A DNA stretch of 64,000 nt from Candidatus Desulfofervidus auxilii (GTDB lineage Bacteria > Desulfobacterota > Desulfofervidia > Desulfofervidales > Desulfofervidaceae): contig NZ_CP013015.1 of assembly GCF_001577525.1 (NCBI RefSeq), positions 1,753,751-1,817,750 of the forward strand. The letters are read 5' to 3'. A program made the translations under genes and the position numbers. The notes below the pieces were generated by a model. It ran no database searches. It had not been told where the DNA came from and worked only from the letters and a program-made list of their open reading frames with translations. Of this stretch, positions 9,509 to 19,301 are shown piece by piece (the stretch's first letter is position 1; the number at the start of each line of letters is the position of its first letter).

Positions 9509-9696
9509 TACCCTTCAGTAGCTTGTCAAAATCCCCTCTTTTAGAAGCAATTTTTATGCCTAAAGGGACAAATGATAAGGAGTGAGGGAATCTAGTTTGG
9601 TTTTAGATATACTGGAGATTTTTAAAAATGGAAATTTAATTTAAAAAGAGCATTTTTGTTTTTCAAGTTACAATTTTGAAACTAAAAACTTCAAAA

Positions 9697-10434
9697 TTAT
9701 TTGCTAGGGGTTTGAGATTTTCGGCCGAAAATTCTGGCTACCCAGACACTAACTTCATAAAGTAAGATTAAAGGACCAGCCATCAGGAGTTGTGTTCCCA
9801 CATCTGGGGGTGTAAGAAGGGCAGCTACCACAAAAACCAATACAATGGCATAACGCCTTTTTGAACTCAACATTTCTCCATTGACTACGCCCATTTTGGC
9901 TAAAAAGAAGGTAATCACTGGCATTTCAAATACTATCCCAAAGGCAAAAATTAGCTTTAAACTGAGGGAAAAATATTCACTCATCTTGGGCAGAAGTTTT
10001 AAATAGTCAGTAGAAAAACCAAGAAAGAATTTAAAGCCAAAGGGGAAAACGATGTAATAAGCAAAGGCTCCTCCTAAAATAAAGAAAAGGGTAGCAAAAA
10101 TAACAAAAGGTATTACAAATTTTTTTTCATGTTCATACAATCCAGGTGCAATAAATTTCCATAATTGGTAAAATACTACTGGAGAGGCCAGAAAAAAACC
10201 AGCCAAAAGAGCGACTTTAAAATAGGTAAAAAAGGCTTCTGTAAGGGCAGTGAAAATCATGGGTTGATTGGCGGGTAAAATTTTGACTAGTGGTTGTGCT
10301 AAAAAGTAAAAAAGCTGTTTGGCAAAAAGAAAGGCAATAATTGCTCCTAATACTATAGCTACGACCGCATATATTAACCGCCGACGTAATTCTTCCAAAT
10401 GAGTGGTAAATGGAAGTTTGCTTTCTTCACTCAT
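9697..10434 (-). CDS. tatC: Sec-independent protein translocase TatC
   Basis: Six TM segments. THLEELRRRLIYAV is the TatC signature N-terminus. Confidence 0.9.
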   Translation of the reverse strand: MSEESKLPFTTHLEELRRRLIYAVVAIVLGAIIAFLFAKQLFYFLAQPLVKILPANQPMIFTALTEAFFTYFKVALLAGFFLASPVVFYQLWKFIAPGLYEHEKKFVIPFVIFATLFFILGGAFAYYIVFPFGFKFFLGFSTDYLKLLPKMSEYFSLSLKLIFAFGIVFEMPVITFFLAKMGVVNGEMLSSKRRYAIVLVFVVAALLTPPDVGTQLLMAGPLILLYEVSVWVARIFGRKSQTPSK

Positions 10435-10732
10435 TTTTGTATTCTTTTTCTTGTTTTTCAGGAGAGTCTTTCTGTTGCTTTTCAGGCGATTTTTCTTTTT
10501 TAGTTGGCTTTTGAGGCATTTCTGTTTTTACTTCATCCATTATCACTTCTCTTTCTATTTCCTTTAACTCACTTTCTAAATCAATGCTTTCCTTTACCTC
10601 TTGAGTTGCTTTCCGAAATTCCCTCATTCCTTTTCCTAATGCCCTTGCTATTTCTGGTAATCTCTTTGGTCCTAAGACAATGAGAGCAATAACTAAAATT
10701 ATTAATAACTCTTGCATTCCAATACCAAACAT
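10427..10732 (-). CDS. tatA: Twin-arginine translocase TatA/E-family protein with an extended charged C-terminus
   Basis: N-terminal TM helix plus the amphipathic MFGIGMQELLIILVIALIVLGPKRLPEIARALGKGMREFRKA. Overlaps tatC by 8 nt. Confidence 0.8.
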   Translation of the reverse strand: MFGIGMQELLIILVIALIVLGPKRLPEIARALGKGMREFRKATQEVKESIDLESELKEIEREVIMDEVKTEMPQKPTKKEKSPEKQQKDSPEKQEKEYKNE

Positions 10733-10844
10733 TTTTGGGCCTCCATTTTTCTAGGGCATTTTTAACAAGAAATAACTCTAAAAACAAGAGAGTGCTTTGG
10801 ACTTGGTCTTGACCACTTTCCTTGACTAATGGTATTTTAAAGTT

Positions 10845-11567
10845 GTGAAGATTTATAAAAAAGGGATTGGATACAAATATTTATCAGAAACCAAATATTT
10901 TCGAGATAGACCTTTTATAGATGATATAGGGATGGTTGTTTCTCCTCCTTTGTATAAAGCTTATCCCCATGCACAAAAAATAACTCTACCTGCCCCAGAT
11001 TTCCCTTCCTCTGATTTGTGGAAAGTCATTACCCGTCGGCGTAGTTATAGACATTTTACCCGGAATTCACTTACCTTAGAAGAATTGGCTATTTTACTCT
11101 GGGCAGGACAGGGTATTACTTCTCCTCAAGGATACCGCACTGCTCCTTCTGCTGGGGCCCTCTATCCTATAGAAACTTATTTAGTCATCAACCGTGTCCA
11201 GGACATTCCAGCAGGGATTTATCATTTTAATGTGGCTAACTTTTTTCTGGAAGAACTGGTGAAAGGAGATTTTTCAAACGCCCTTACTTCTGCTGCTCTG
11301 GGACAAAGTGTAATGAAAAGGGCAGCAGTAGTGTTCATCTGGACAGCAGTAATTTTACGCTGCATGGCCAAATATCGCAACCGTGCCATTCGTTATATCT
11401 TTTTAGATGCGGGACACATTTGTCAAAATATCCTTTTAGCTGCTACTGCTCTGAATTTAGGCGCCTGCCCGGTAGGTGCCTTTTTTGATGAAGAAATAGA
11501 TAAATTGCTAGGTGTGGATAGTGAAAGTGAGATGAGCATTTATTTGACTGCCGTAGGAAAAATTTAG
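10845..11567 (+). CDS. Nitroreductase-family / SagB-type dehydrogenase-domain protein
   Basis: YRHFTRNSLTLEELAILLWAGQGIT and a TAPSAGALYPIE pattern of the nitroreductase/SagB fold. Confidence 0.65.
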   Translation: MKIYKKGIGYKYLSETKYFRDRPFIDDIGMVVSPPLYKAYPHAQKITLPAPDFPSSDLWKVITRRRSYRHFTRNSLTLEELAILLWAGQGITSPQGYRTAPSAGALYPIETYLVINRVQDIPAGIYHFNVANFFLEELVKGDFSNALTSAALGQSVMKRAAVVFIWTAVILRCMAKYRNRAIRYIFLDAGHICQNILLAATALNLGACPVGAFFDEEIDKLLGVDSESEMSIYLTAVGKI

Positions 11568-11775
11568 TGTATATATCACCAATTTTAGCCGGTTTAACCT
11601 TTATTTTTTTCTCATTTTTGAAACAAAAGGGCACTTTTGGTTGTTTTGATTTTTTGGCCAGTTTAGGAGTTATGTTTTTGCTCTTTATGGCCTTAGTAGC
11701 TGCCTCTGCCTTTTCTACTTTAGTTGTGCCTCTTTTAACCTCATTTATATTAGATAAATGGAAGGAGGAATTGAG

Positions 11776-14460
11776 ATGACCTGGTGTAGCCTGTCCCCAC
11801 CTGAAGTTTTAAAGCGTTTAAAAACAAATATTCAGGGACTTACAGGAGAAGAAGCCCAGAAAAGGCTTGTTCAATATGGTGAAAACAAACTGGAGGAGAA
11901 AAAGCCCGTTACTCCCTGGCAAATATTTTTTAACCAGTTCAAAAGTGTGCTTATTGCCATTTTACTGATTGCCAGCATTGCATCTTTTGCCATCGGAGAG
12001 ATTACAGATGCCTTTACTATTTTAGCTATTGTTATCCTGAATGCTATTTTGGGATTTACTCAGGAGTTTAAGGCCGAAAAGGCCTTAGAGGCCTTAAAAA
12101 AAATGCTGGCTCTTAAAGCTAAAGTAATTCGAGCTGGTAATCTTATGTCTATAGATACCCGTTTTATTGTGCCAGGAGACATTGTTGTCTTAGAAATTGG
12201 AGAGAAAGTACCGGCGGATATTTATTTGTTAGAAACAGAAAGTTTGCAAATTGATGAATCTGTATTGACAGGTGAATCAGTACCAGTGAGCAAAGAAACA
12301 GGAGTTTTACCCCAAGCCACTTCTTTAGCAGAACAGAAAAATATGGCCTTTATGGGCACTATTGTTACTAATGGTTATGGACGGGGTTTGGTTGTGGCTA
12401 CTGGTATGCAGACCGAATTTGGACAAATTGCTCGTTTGACCCAAGAAGTAAAAGAAGAAGAAAGCCCTTTAAAGAAAAGGCTAAATGTCTTGGGAAGACG
12501 CATTGGTGAGATTTCTTTAGTCATTGCTCTACTGGTAGTTATTTTAGGAATAGTTCAGAAACGTCCTTTATTAGAGATGTTATTGGTAGGTATCAGTCTG
12601 GCAGTGGCTGCAATCCCAGAAGGACTTCCAGCAGTGGTCACTATGACCCTGGCTTTAGGAGTAAAAAATATGGTGAAGAGAAATTGTCTTTTGCGGAATC
12701 TCACTGCTTCTGAAGGTTTAGGGGCAACTTCTGTAATCTGTACGGATAAAACAGGGACTTTGACCAAAAACGAGATGACAGTTAAGCTTATTTATATTCC
12801 GGATAAATTTTATGAAGTTAGTGGTGAAGGTTACCAGCCCAAGGGAGATTTTCTGAGTAATGCCCAGCCAGTTGATCCTTCAAAAGAGTTAGGGCTTTTT
12901 CTTTTGTTAAAAACGGGTCTTTTGTGTAACCGTGCAGTTTTGAAAAAAACAGAGCAGGGATGGCAGGTGTTAGGAGACCCCACTGAAGGGGCATTAGTAG
13001 TAGCTGCCAATAAGGCAAAGATTTTTAAAAAAGATATAAGCTGTGAAGCCTGCCCTTTGATTACTGAATTTTCCTTCACTTCAGTGCGCAAACGAATGAC
13101 GGTTATTTATCACTATCCTGAAAAAAATACTGCTTATGTGAAGGGTGCACCGGAAGTGTTACTACCACTTTGCCAAAGGTATCAAAAGAATGATAAGGTA
13201 AATGAGCTTACCGGAATAGACCAGGAGTATTTTAATCAAGTTTATAAAGATATGGCGGCTAAAGGTCTACGTATCTTGGCCCTTGCTTACAAAGAAATAC
13301 CTTTAGAAATTACCCATTTTATAGCCGAAGAAGTAGAAAAAAACCTTATTTTCCTAGGATTTGCTGGAATTGTTGACCCACCTAGACCAGAGGTAAAAGC
13401 GGCCATGGAAAGGGCCAAAAACGCTGGTATTGAGGTCATTATGATGACTGGTGATTCACCTTTAACAGCCTTAGCTGTAGCCAGAGAAATAAGTTTATTC
13501 TCGCCAAAGGCCATTAGAGGGACAGAAATTGAAAAATTAGATGAAGCCAGTTTAAGAAAAATCTTACAGACAACCAAGGTCTTTGCCCGTGTAAATCCTG
13601 CTCATAAATTAAAAGTTGTGGATATTTTGCAAAAACAGGGACATATTACAGCCATGACTGGAGATGGAGTTAATGATGCTCCGGCTTTAAAAAAGGCCAA
13701 TATTGGGATCGCCATGGGCATTAAAGGCACAGATGTGGCTAAAGAGGCAGCAGATATTGTTCTTTTAGATGATAATTTTGCCAGCATAGTTAGTGGTGTG
13801 GAAGAAGGGAGACGAGAATATGATAATATTCAAAGATTTACCCGCTATTTACTTTCTTCCAACTTTGCTGAAATTGTGGCTATTGCTGGTGCCATGTTCT
13901 TAAAGCTGCCTCTTATTCTCTTACCTGTTCAAATTTTATGGATGAATTTGATTACAGACGGCATGACTGCCCTTGCCCTAGGTATGGAACCGCCAGCCAA
14001 GGATGTTATGCACCGTCCACCTCGTGACCCCCAACAACCTATTTTGTCTAAAAAAGTGTTTTTGATAATTTTGGCTATAGGCATATGGATGGGTGTAACG
14101 ACCATTTTCAGTTTCAGTCATTATTTAGGTAGTGAGAATATGCTGTCCAAAGCAAGAACTATAGCCTTTACGGGAATTATTATTTTTGAAAAAATTAATG
14201 TATTTAACTTCCGAAGTTTCAGATTTAACCTTTGGGACATTGGTTTTTTCAGTAATCCTTTTTTAATCATAGCCTGGTTGGCCACCATAAGTTTGCAAAT
14301 CATGGTCGTATATTTCCCCCCTCTTCAACATATTTTGCACACTGTGCCTCTAAATTTAGCAGACTGGGGTCTAATCTTTATTTTAGGTATACCTATTTTA
14401 ATTGCTGGAGAAATATTTAAATTCCTTCGGAAGCAGCATTTTAAAAATCAACCTTGCTAA
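11776..14460 (+). CDS. P-type cation-transporting ATPase (type II, Ca2+/Mg2+-like)
   Basis: Phosphorylation motif ICTDKTGTLT, hinge MTGDGVNDAPALKKANIGIAMG, and 10 predicted TM segments. The start was moved to MTWCSL. Confidence 0.9.
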   Translation: MTWCSLSPPEVLKRLKTNIQGLTGEEAQKRLVQYGENKLEEKKPVTPWQIFFNQFKSVLIAILLIASIASFAIGEITDAFTILAIVILNAILGFTQEFKAEKALEALKKMLALKAKVIRAGNLMSIDTRFIVPGDIVVLEIGEKVPADIYLLETESLQIDESVLTGESVPVSKETGVLPQATSLAEQKNMAFMGTIVTNGYGRGLVVATGMQTEFGQIARLTQEVKEEESPLKKRLNVLGRRIGEISLVIALLVVILGIVQKRPLLEMLLVGISLAVAAIPEGLPAVVTMTLALGVKNMVKRNCLLRNLTASEGLGATSVICTDKTGTLTKNEMTVKLIYIPDKFYEVSGEGYQPKGDFLSNAQPVDPSKELGLFLLLKTGLLCNRAVLKKTEQGWQVLGDPTEGALVVAANKAKIFKKDISCEACPLITEFSFTSVRKRMTVIYHYPEKNTAYVKGAPEVLLPLCQRYQKNDKVNELTGIDQEYFNQVYKDMAAKGLRILALAYKEIPLEITHFIAEEVEKNLIFLGFAGIVDPPRPEVKAAMERAKNAGIEVIMMTGDSPLTALAVAREISLFSPKAIRGTEIEKLDEASLRKILQTTKVFARVNPAHKLKVVDILQKQGHITAMTGDGVNDAPALKKANIGIAMGIKGTDVAKEAADIVLLDDNFASIVSGVEEGRREYDNIQRFTRYLLSSNFAEIVAIAGAMFLKLPLILLPVQILWMNLITDGMTALALGMEPPAKDVMHRPPRDPQQPILSKKVFLIILAIGIWMGVTTIFSFSHYLGSENMLSKARTIAFTGIIIFEKINVFNFRSFRFNLWDIGFFSNPFLIIAWLATISLQIMVVYFPPLQHILHTVPLNLADWGLIFILGIPILIAGEIFKFLRKQHFKNQPC

Positions 14461-14494
14461 ATTTGACAAATAGCTTATTGCCACTGATTTCTCA

Positions 14495-15430
14495 GTGAAT
14501 TATTTTTATTCTATGCCCAATAAAATACTCATTGTTCATTTAGGGGCTTTGGGAGATTTACTTTTATCAAGACCTGCTTTGTTAGCTATTAGAATGAGAA
14601 TCCCGCAAGCAGAGATAGATTTTTTGGGTTATCCACATCTAACTTCTTTAATTAAGTGTGAGATGCGAATCAGACACACATATAATATTGAATACATCCT
14701 TTATACTAAAGAAAATGAGAAATTTTGGTATAATTATGATTTATTTATCTTTTTTGCTCGCAAAAACTACCCTGCATGGGAAAAAGTTTTAACTTTTGCT
14801 CCCAGTATTTTTATTAAGACTATTCCTCCACCAGAGGTAAATCTACCTGTTTTTCAATTTCAACTGCAGCAGTTACACAAACAAGGGTTCGAAGTCCCCT
14901 CAGAATTTCCATCTTTATCTTTTCCTCCAGCAGAAATTTCCTTAAATGTCTATCCCGATTTTCTTATTCATCCTGGTAGTGGAAGCCCAAGTAAAAACTG
15001 GCCTCCAGCATATTTTGCTGAGGTAATTAAGGCATTTTCTCAATGGAACCCTGGTTTAATCATTGGCTCTGCTGATAGAAAAGTGGCAGAAGAAATATTG
15101 TCTTTTTTAGGAAATAAAAAGATAATTTTATTAGAACAGCTTTCTCTTTTAACTCTGGCCGCTATTATTAGTAAAGTTAGGTTTTTTTTGGGAAATGATT
15201 CTGGTATTAGCCATCTGGCAGCCGCCTTGGGTATTCCCAGTTTTGTCATTTTTGGTCCTACCAATGTAAATATCTGGAAGCCATGGGGAAAAAGGGTAGA
15301 GGTGTTTGCTCCTGTCGTTTCATGTGCTCCCTGTAGTGATGAAGAAAGGAGAAACTGCCTTGACAGAATTTGTCTAAAAAGTATTAAACCAAAAGAAGTG
15401 ATAAAAAAGTTGAAAAATTGGTTACAATAA
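14495..15430 (+). CDS. Glycosyltransferase family 9 (heptosyltransferase-like)
   Basis: LIVHLGALGDLLLSRPAL at the N-terminus, plus the C-terminal GNDSGISHLAAALGIPSFVIFGPT characteristic of GT9. Confidence 0.75.
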   Translation: MNYFYSMPNKILIVHLGALGDLLLSRPALLAIRMRIPQAEIDFLGYPHLTSLIKCEMRIRHTYNIEYILYTKENEKFWYNYDLFIFFARKNYPAWEKVLTFAPSIFIKTIPPPEVNLPVFQFQLQQLHKQGFEVPSEFPSLSFPPAEISLNVYPDFLIHPGSGSPSKNWPPAYFAEVIKAFSQWNPGLIIGSADRKVAEEILSFLGNKKIILLEQLSLLTLAAIISKVRFFLGNDSGISHLAAALGIPSFVIFGPTNVNIWKPWGKRVEVFAPVVSCAPCSDEERRNCLDRICLKSIKPKEVIKKLKNWLQ

Positions 15431-15457
15431 TTAAGTAGTGTCATTCAAAACCAGGTG

Positions 15458-15853
15458 CTATTCTTCAATTGTTTTTCCTAATACCTTTTTTATAGCCTTT
15501 ATGAGTTCCTTTGTTGTTATAGGTTTAGCTATAAAATTTCGTCCTCCTATTTTTTTCATAGTCTCAGGTCCTATTTCATCTTTAGTAACTATAGCTGTAA
15601 TAAATATTATGGGTATGTTTTTTGTATCGGGATTATTAAGCAAAACCTGGGCCACATCGCCACCAGACATTTCAGGCATGAGTATATCCAGTAAAATTAG
15701 ATCGGGTTTTTCTTTTTGGGCTAATTCAATTCCCTCCTGAGCTTTGGAAGTGGTTATTACCTCAAACTCTTTTGTATTTTCCAAATTGGCTTTTACAAAG
15801 AAACAAAAATCCTCTTCGTCATCAATTAAAAGTATTTTTTTCATCTCTATCAT
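15458..15853 (-). CDS. Response regulator, receiver domain only (CheY-like)
   Basis: ILLIDDEEDF...LILLDILMPEMSGGDV...AKP. The receiver Asp and Lys positions are present. Confidence 0.85.
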   Translation of the reverse strand: MIEMKKILLIDDEEDFCFFVKANLENTKEFEVITTSKAQEGIELAQKEKPDLILLDILMPEMSGGDVAQVLLNNPDTKNIPIIFITAIVTKDEIGPETMKKIGGRNFIAKPITTKELIKAIKKVLGKTIEE

Positions 15854-17087
15854 ATTGCACCTCTTTATTTGAATTTCTAGCCGGTGGTAGCATTATAATA
15901 AATTTTGTCTCTTTATTTACTTCACTTTCTACATCAATAATTCCCTTATGTTGGTCTATTATTAAATGGACCACACTTAGTCCCAAACCAGTTCCTTCTC
16001 CCACTTTTTTAGTGGTAAAAAATGGGTCAAATATCTTTGACAATATGTTTTTAGGAATACCAATGCCTCTATCTTCAATTTCAACCACAATTATTTTATC
16101 CCCTATTTTGAAATAATCACTTTCTCTCTTGCCTATTTTATACCCCAGTTGGTTTGCTATCTTATCATACACTTTTACTTTAATCTCACCTCCCTTGGGC
16201 ATGGCATCCATTGCATTCATAAAAAGATTGAGAAATACTTGCTGTAACATATTTTTATCTGCTTTAACTTTCATATGTTTTTGGGGATAGTTTCGGTTTA
16301 TTTTTATATTATTCAAGACAGCTTTATGTTTAATTAAATCTATAGTTTCATCCAATGATTTACAAATATCTATGGATTCAAACTTAAATTCTGACATTCT
16401 TGAGAATTGTAAAGTATCAATGATGATTTTGTTTGCTCTATTCACAGCCTGTTTTATCTTCTCAATGGTTTTTTTAACTATTTTGTTTTTTTCTGGCAAA
16501 GTGGTGCTAAGGGACTCTATCCCCATTAAAATAATTGCTAAAGGATTTCTGATTTCATGGGCAAACCCAGATGCCAATCGACCCATAGCTGCCATTTTCT
16601 CATGTTGGATAAGTTGATTCTGGGTTTCTTTAAGTTTATGGTAAGCGATCTTCAATCTTTCTTCGGATTTTTGTAACTTTTTTTGTTCCGCCATTCTTTT
16701 TTCACTGATAAGGGCAATAACATATGCTAATATTATGAAAACAGTACATTTTTCAATGGTTCCTATGGGGAGAAATCCTAAAGAAAAATAACTTACATAA
16801 ATATGAAATGAACTTAAGAATAAAGCAAGGTAAATAACCTTCTTTCGATACCATATAGCAGTTAAAATAATAGGAATATAGAAAAAGTCAGTGTAAATAG
16901 CCTTTAAACTGAGGAAATTAAGGAGTTTATCGAGATTAGGAGAAGAAAGTATATCAGTATAGGCAATTTTGACATGAATAGCGAAATTGAGATAATAACT
17001 TAGCCCAACACATATTAATATACTACAAAGTATTATAACACTTTTAGTTTTTTCAATTTTTATAAACCTCTTTATTTTGGATATCAT
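15822..17087 (-). CDS. Membrane sensor histidine kinase
   Basis: N-terminal TM segments, an H-box FAHEIRNPL, and N/G boxes NLFMNAMDAM and GTGLGLSVV. Confidence 0.85.
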   Translation of the reverse strand: MISKIKRFIKIEKTKSVIILCSILICVGLSYYLNFAIHVKIAYTDILSSPNLDKLLNFLSLKAIYTDFFYIPIILTAIWYRKKVIYLALFLSSFHIYVSYFSLGFLPIGTIEKCTVFIILAYVIALISEKRMAEQKKLQKSEERLKIAYHKLKETQNQLIQHEKMAAMGRLASGFAHEIRNPLAIILMGIESLSTTLPEKNKIVKKTIEKIKQAVNRANKIIIDTLQFSRMSEFKFESIDICKSLDETIDLIKHKAVLNNIKINRNYPQKHMKVKADKNMLQQVFLNLFMNAMDAMPKGGEIKVKVYDKIANQLGYKIGKRESDYFKIGDKIIVVEIEDRGIGIPKNILSKIFDPFFTTKKVGEGTGLGLSVVHLIIDQHKGIIDVESEVNKETKFIIMLPPARNSNKEVQYDRDEKNTFN

Positions 17088-17131
17088 GCTTATTTTTAAA
17101 ATCTAGCTGATTTTGTTTTTTGTGTCAATTT

Positions 17132-17569
17132 TTATCTTTCTAATATCAGCGTAACTGGCCCGTCATTGATTAGATGAACTTGCATTAAAGCACCAAATTT
17201 ACCAGTAGCTACTTTGATACCTTGTTGTTTGATAAGCTTGATGAAACTTTCATAGAGAAGGAGAGCCTCTGGAGGAGGTGCTGCCTGGTCAAAAGAAGGC
17301 CTACGTCCTTTTCGGCAGTCACCGTAAAGAGTGAATTGGGAAACTACTAAGATTTCTCCACCAATTTCTTTTAGAGAAAGATTAAATTCAGAGTTTTTAT
17401 CAGCAAATATCCGAAGAGAGCAAACCTTTTTGACCAACCATTCTGCCTGCGTTATATTATCGCCTCTGGCAATGCCTAAAAATACTAAAATGCCTTTTCC
17501 AATTTGCCCTATTATTTGTCCATTTACTAAAACCTTTGCCTCTTTTACCCGCTGAACTAAAATTCTCAT
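17132..17569 (-). CDS. dtd: D-aminoacyl-tRNA deacylase
   Basis: MRILVQRVKEAKV...SQFTLYGD...GRRPSF motifs of Dtd. Confidence 0.85.
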   Translation of the reverse strand: MRILVQRVKEAKVLVNGQIIGQIGKGILVFLGIARGDNITQAEWLVKKVCSLRIFADKNSEFNLSLKEIGGEILVVSQFTLYGDCRKGRRPSFDQAAPPPEALLLYESFIKLIKQQGIKVATGKFGALMQVHLINDGPVTLILER

Positions 17570-17579
17570 TTAAAATATT

Positions 17580-19301
17580 TTAAATCTCCAAACCTACAAA
17601 CTCAAATTTATTTACATCTACCAAACCTTTGTCTGTTAAACGCAACTCTGGAATTACAGGCAGGGCAACAAAAGACAGTGTTAAAAATGGGTTTGGAAGA
17701 GAAATACCTAAATTTTTGGCTTCCTGACACAAGGTTTTCATATGAAACCCCACCTCTTGAGCACTTAAAGGAGAAATAAGTCCAGCAATGGGCAGAGCTA
17801 ATCCTGCCTTCACCATCTCATTTTCTACTAAGACAAACCCTCCTTGCATTTTTTCAACAGCCTTAACCGCAATATACATATCTTGATTATTCACCCCAGC
17901 TACTACAATATTATGGCTATCATGACTCACTGAAGAAGCGATGGCCCCTTTTTTAAGGCCTAATCCAGAAACCAAACCCAACCCTATATTTCCAGTGGCA
18001 TGGTGTCTCTCAATAACAGCTATTTTTATAATATCTTGTTCTAAATCAGCGACAATTTCTTCTCCATTCTTTGTTACTTCTTTTATAAGGTGTTTGGTGA
18101 TAATTTGGTCAGGCAGAAGTCCAATAACTCTTACCTTTTTCCCTTGAACAAAGATGCGAAAGTCATCAGGAGAAATATCCTTTAAGTGGACCGTATTGGT
18201 TACTTCAGGCTCAATATAGGGAGATAAAGAAACTTTTAATTCCCCTTTTTCAAAAATTACCTCTCCATCTTTAATCACTGTTTCTATTTGGAAATCCCTT
18301 AAATTATTTACTAATACCAAATCTGCCCTATATCCAGGAGCAATAGCCCCAAGTCTTTTTATGCCAAATCGTTGTGCGCAATTTATAGTAGCCATCTTTA
18401 TGGCCCAAATGGGATTGATGCCTGCCTTGATGGCTAATTTAATAAGATGGTCAATATGACCTTGTTTTTGTAAATCAGTGGGTTCTTTATCATCACAGCA
18501 AAGAAGGCAGCGATGGACTGTAAATGAATTCACTACTGGTAGAAGAGTGAGGAGGTTCTTGGCTACTGTGCCCTGGCGAAGCATCAACCACATACCGGCT
18601 TCTAATTTTTCTATAGCTTCATTTAGTTGCGTGGTCTCATGGTCAGAATCAATACCCACACCGATGTATGCTTGCAACATTTTTCCCGTCAATAAAGGGG
18701 CATGTCCGTCTATTACTTTTTGAGTGGCATGAGTTGCCATAATCTTACCCAATACTGTTTTATCCGCATTGATTACTCCTGGAAAATTCATCATCTCTGC
18801 TAATCCAACCACACGTGGATGTTGAAGTAACTTAGCTATTTTCTCTGCCGTAATAGAAGCTCCGCTGGTTTCTAAATTTGTGGCTGGGACACAGGAAGGC
18901 ACTAATATAAATGCATTTAAAGGTAAATTTTCAGTGGCCTTTAACATATAATTTATACCCTTTATTCCTAAAACATTAGCTATCTCATGAGGGTCAATAA
19001 AGATAGAAGTAGTTCCGTGAGGGATGACTGCCCGGGCAAAGGCAGAGGGAGTTAAAAGAGTGCTCTCCAGATGAATATGGGCATCCATAAGGCCAGGAAT
19101 AAGATAGACATTTTGGGCATCAATTATTTGCTTACCAGTTTGATAATCACCAATACCTGCAATATATTTTTCGGTTATGGCCACATCAGCAGTAAATATC
19201 TTACCACTAAATACATTTACTACCTGAGTATTTTTTATTAGCAAATCTGCAGGGATTTCACCCTTTGCTACTCTAATGAGGTGAGTAAAATTCTGCACCA
19301 A
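17580..19301 (-). CDS. ade: Adenine deaminase
   Basis: 573 aa amidohydrolase. IPGLMDAHIHLES and a C-terminal Ade-type domain. Confidence 0.8.
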   Translation of the reverse strand: MVQNFTHLIRVAKGEIPADLLIKNTQVVNVFSGKIFTADVAITEKYIAGIGDYQTGKQIIDAQNVYLIPGLMDAHIHLESTLLTPSAFARAVIPHGTTSIFIDPHEIANVLGIKGINYMLKATENLPLNAFILVPSCVPATNLETSGASITAEKIAKLLQHPRVVGLAEMMNFPGVINADKTVLGKIMATHATQKVIDGHAPLLTGKMLQAYIGVGIDSDHETTQLNEAIEKLEAGMWLMLRQGTVAKNLLTLLPVVNSFTVHRCLLCCDDKEPTDLQKQGHIDHLIKLAIKAGINPIWAIKMATINCAQRFGIKRLGAIAPGYRADLVLVNNLRDFQIETVIKDGEVIFEKGELKVSLSPYIEPEVTNTVHLKDISPDDFRIFVQGKKVRVIGLLPDQIITKHLIKEVTKNGEEIVADLEQDIIKIAVIERHHATGNIGLGLVSGLGLKKGAIASSVSHDSHNIVVAGVNNQDMYIAVKAVEKMQGGFVLVENEMVKAGLALPIAGLISPLSAQEVGFHMKTLCQEAKNLGISLPNPFLTLSFVALPVIPELRLTDKGLVDVNKFEFVGLEI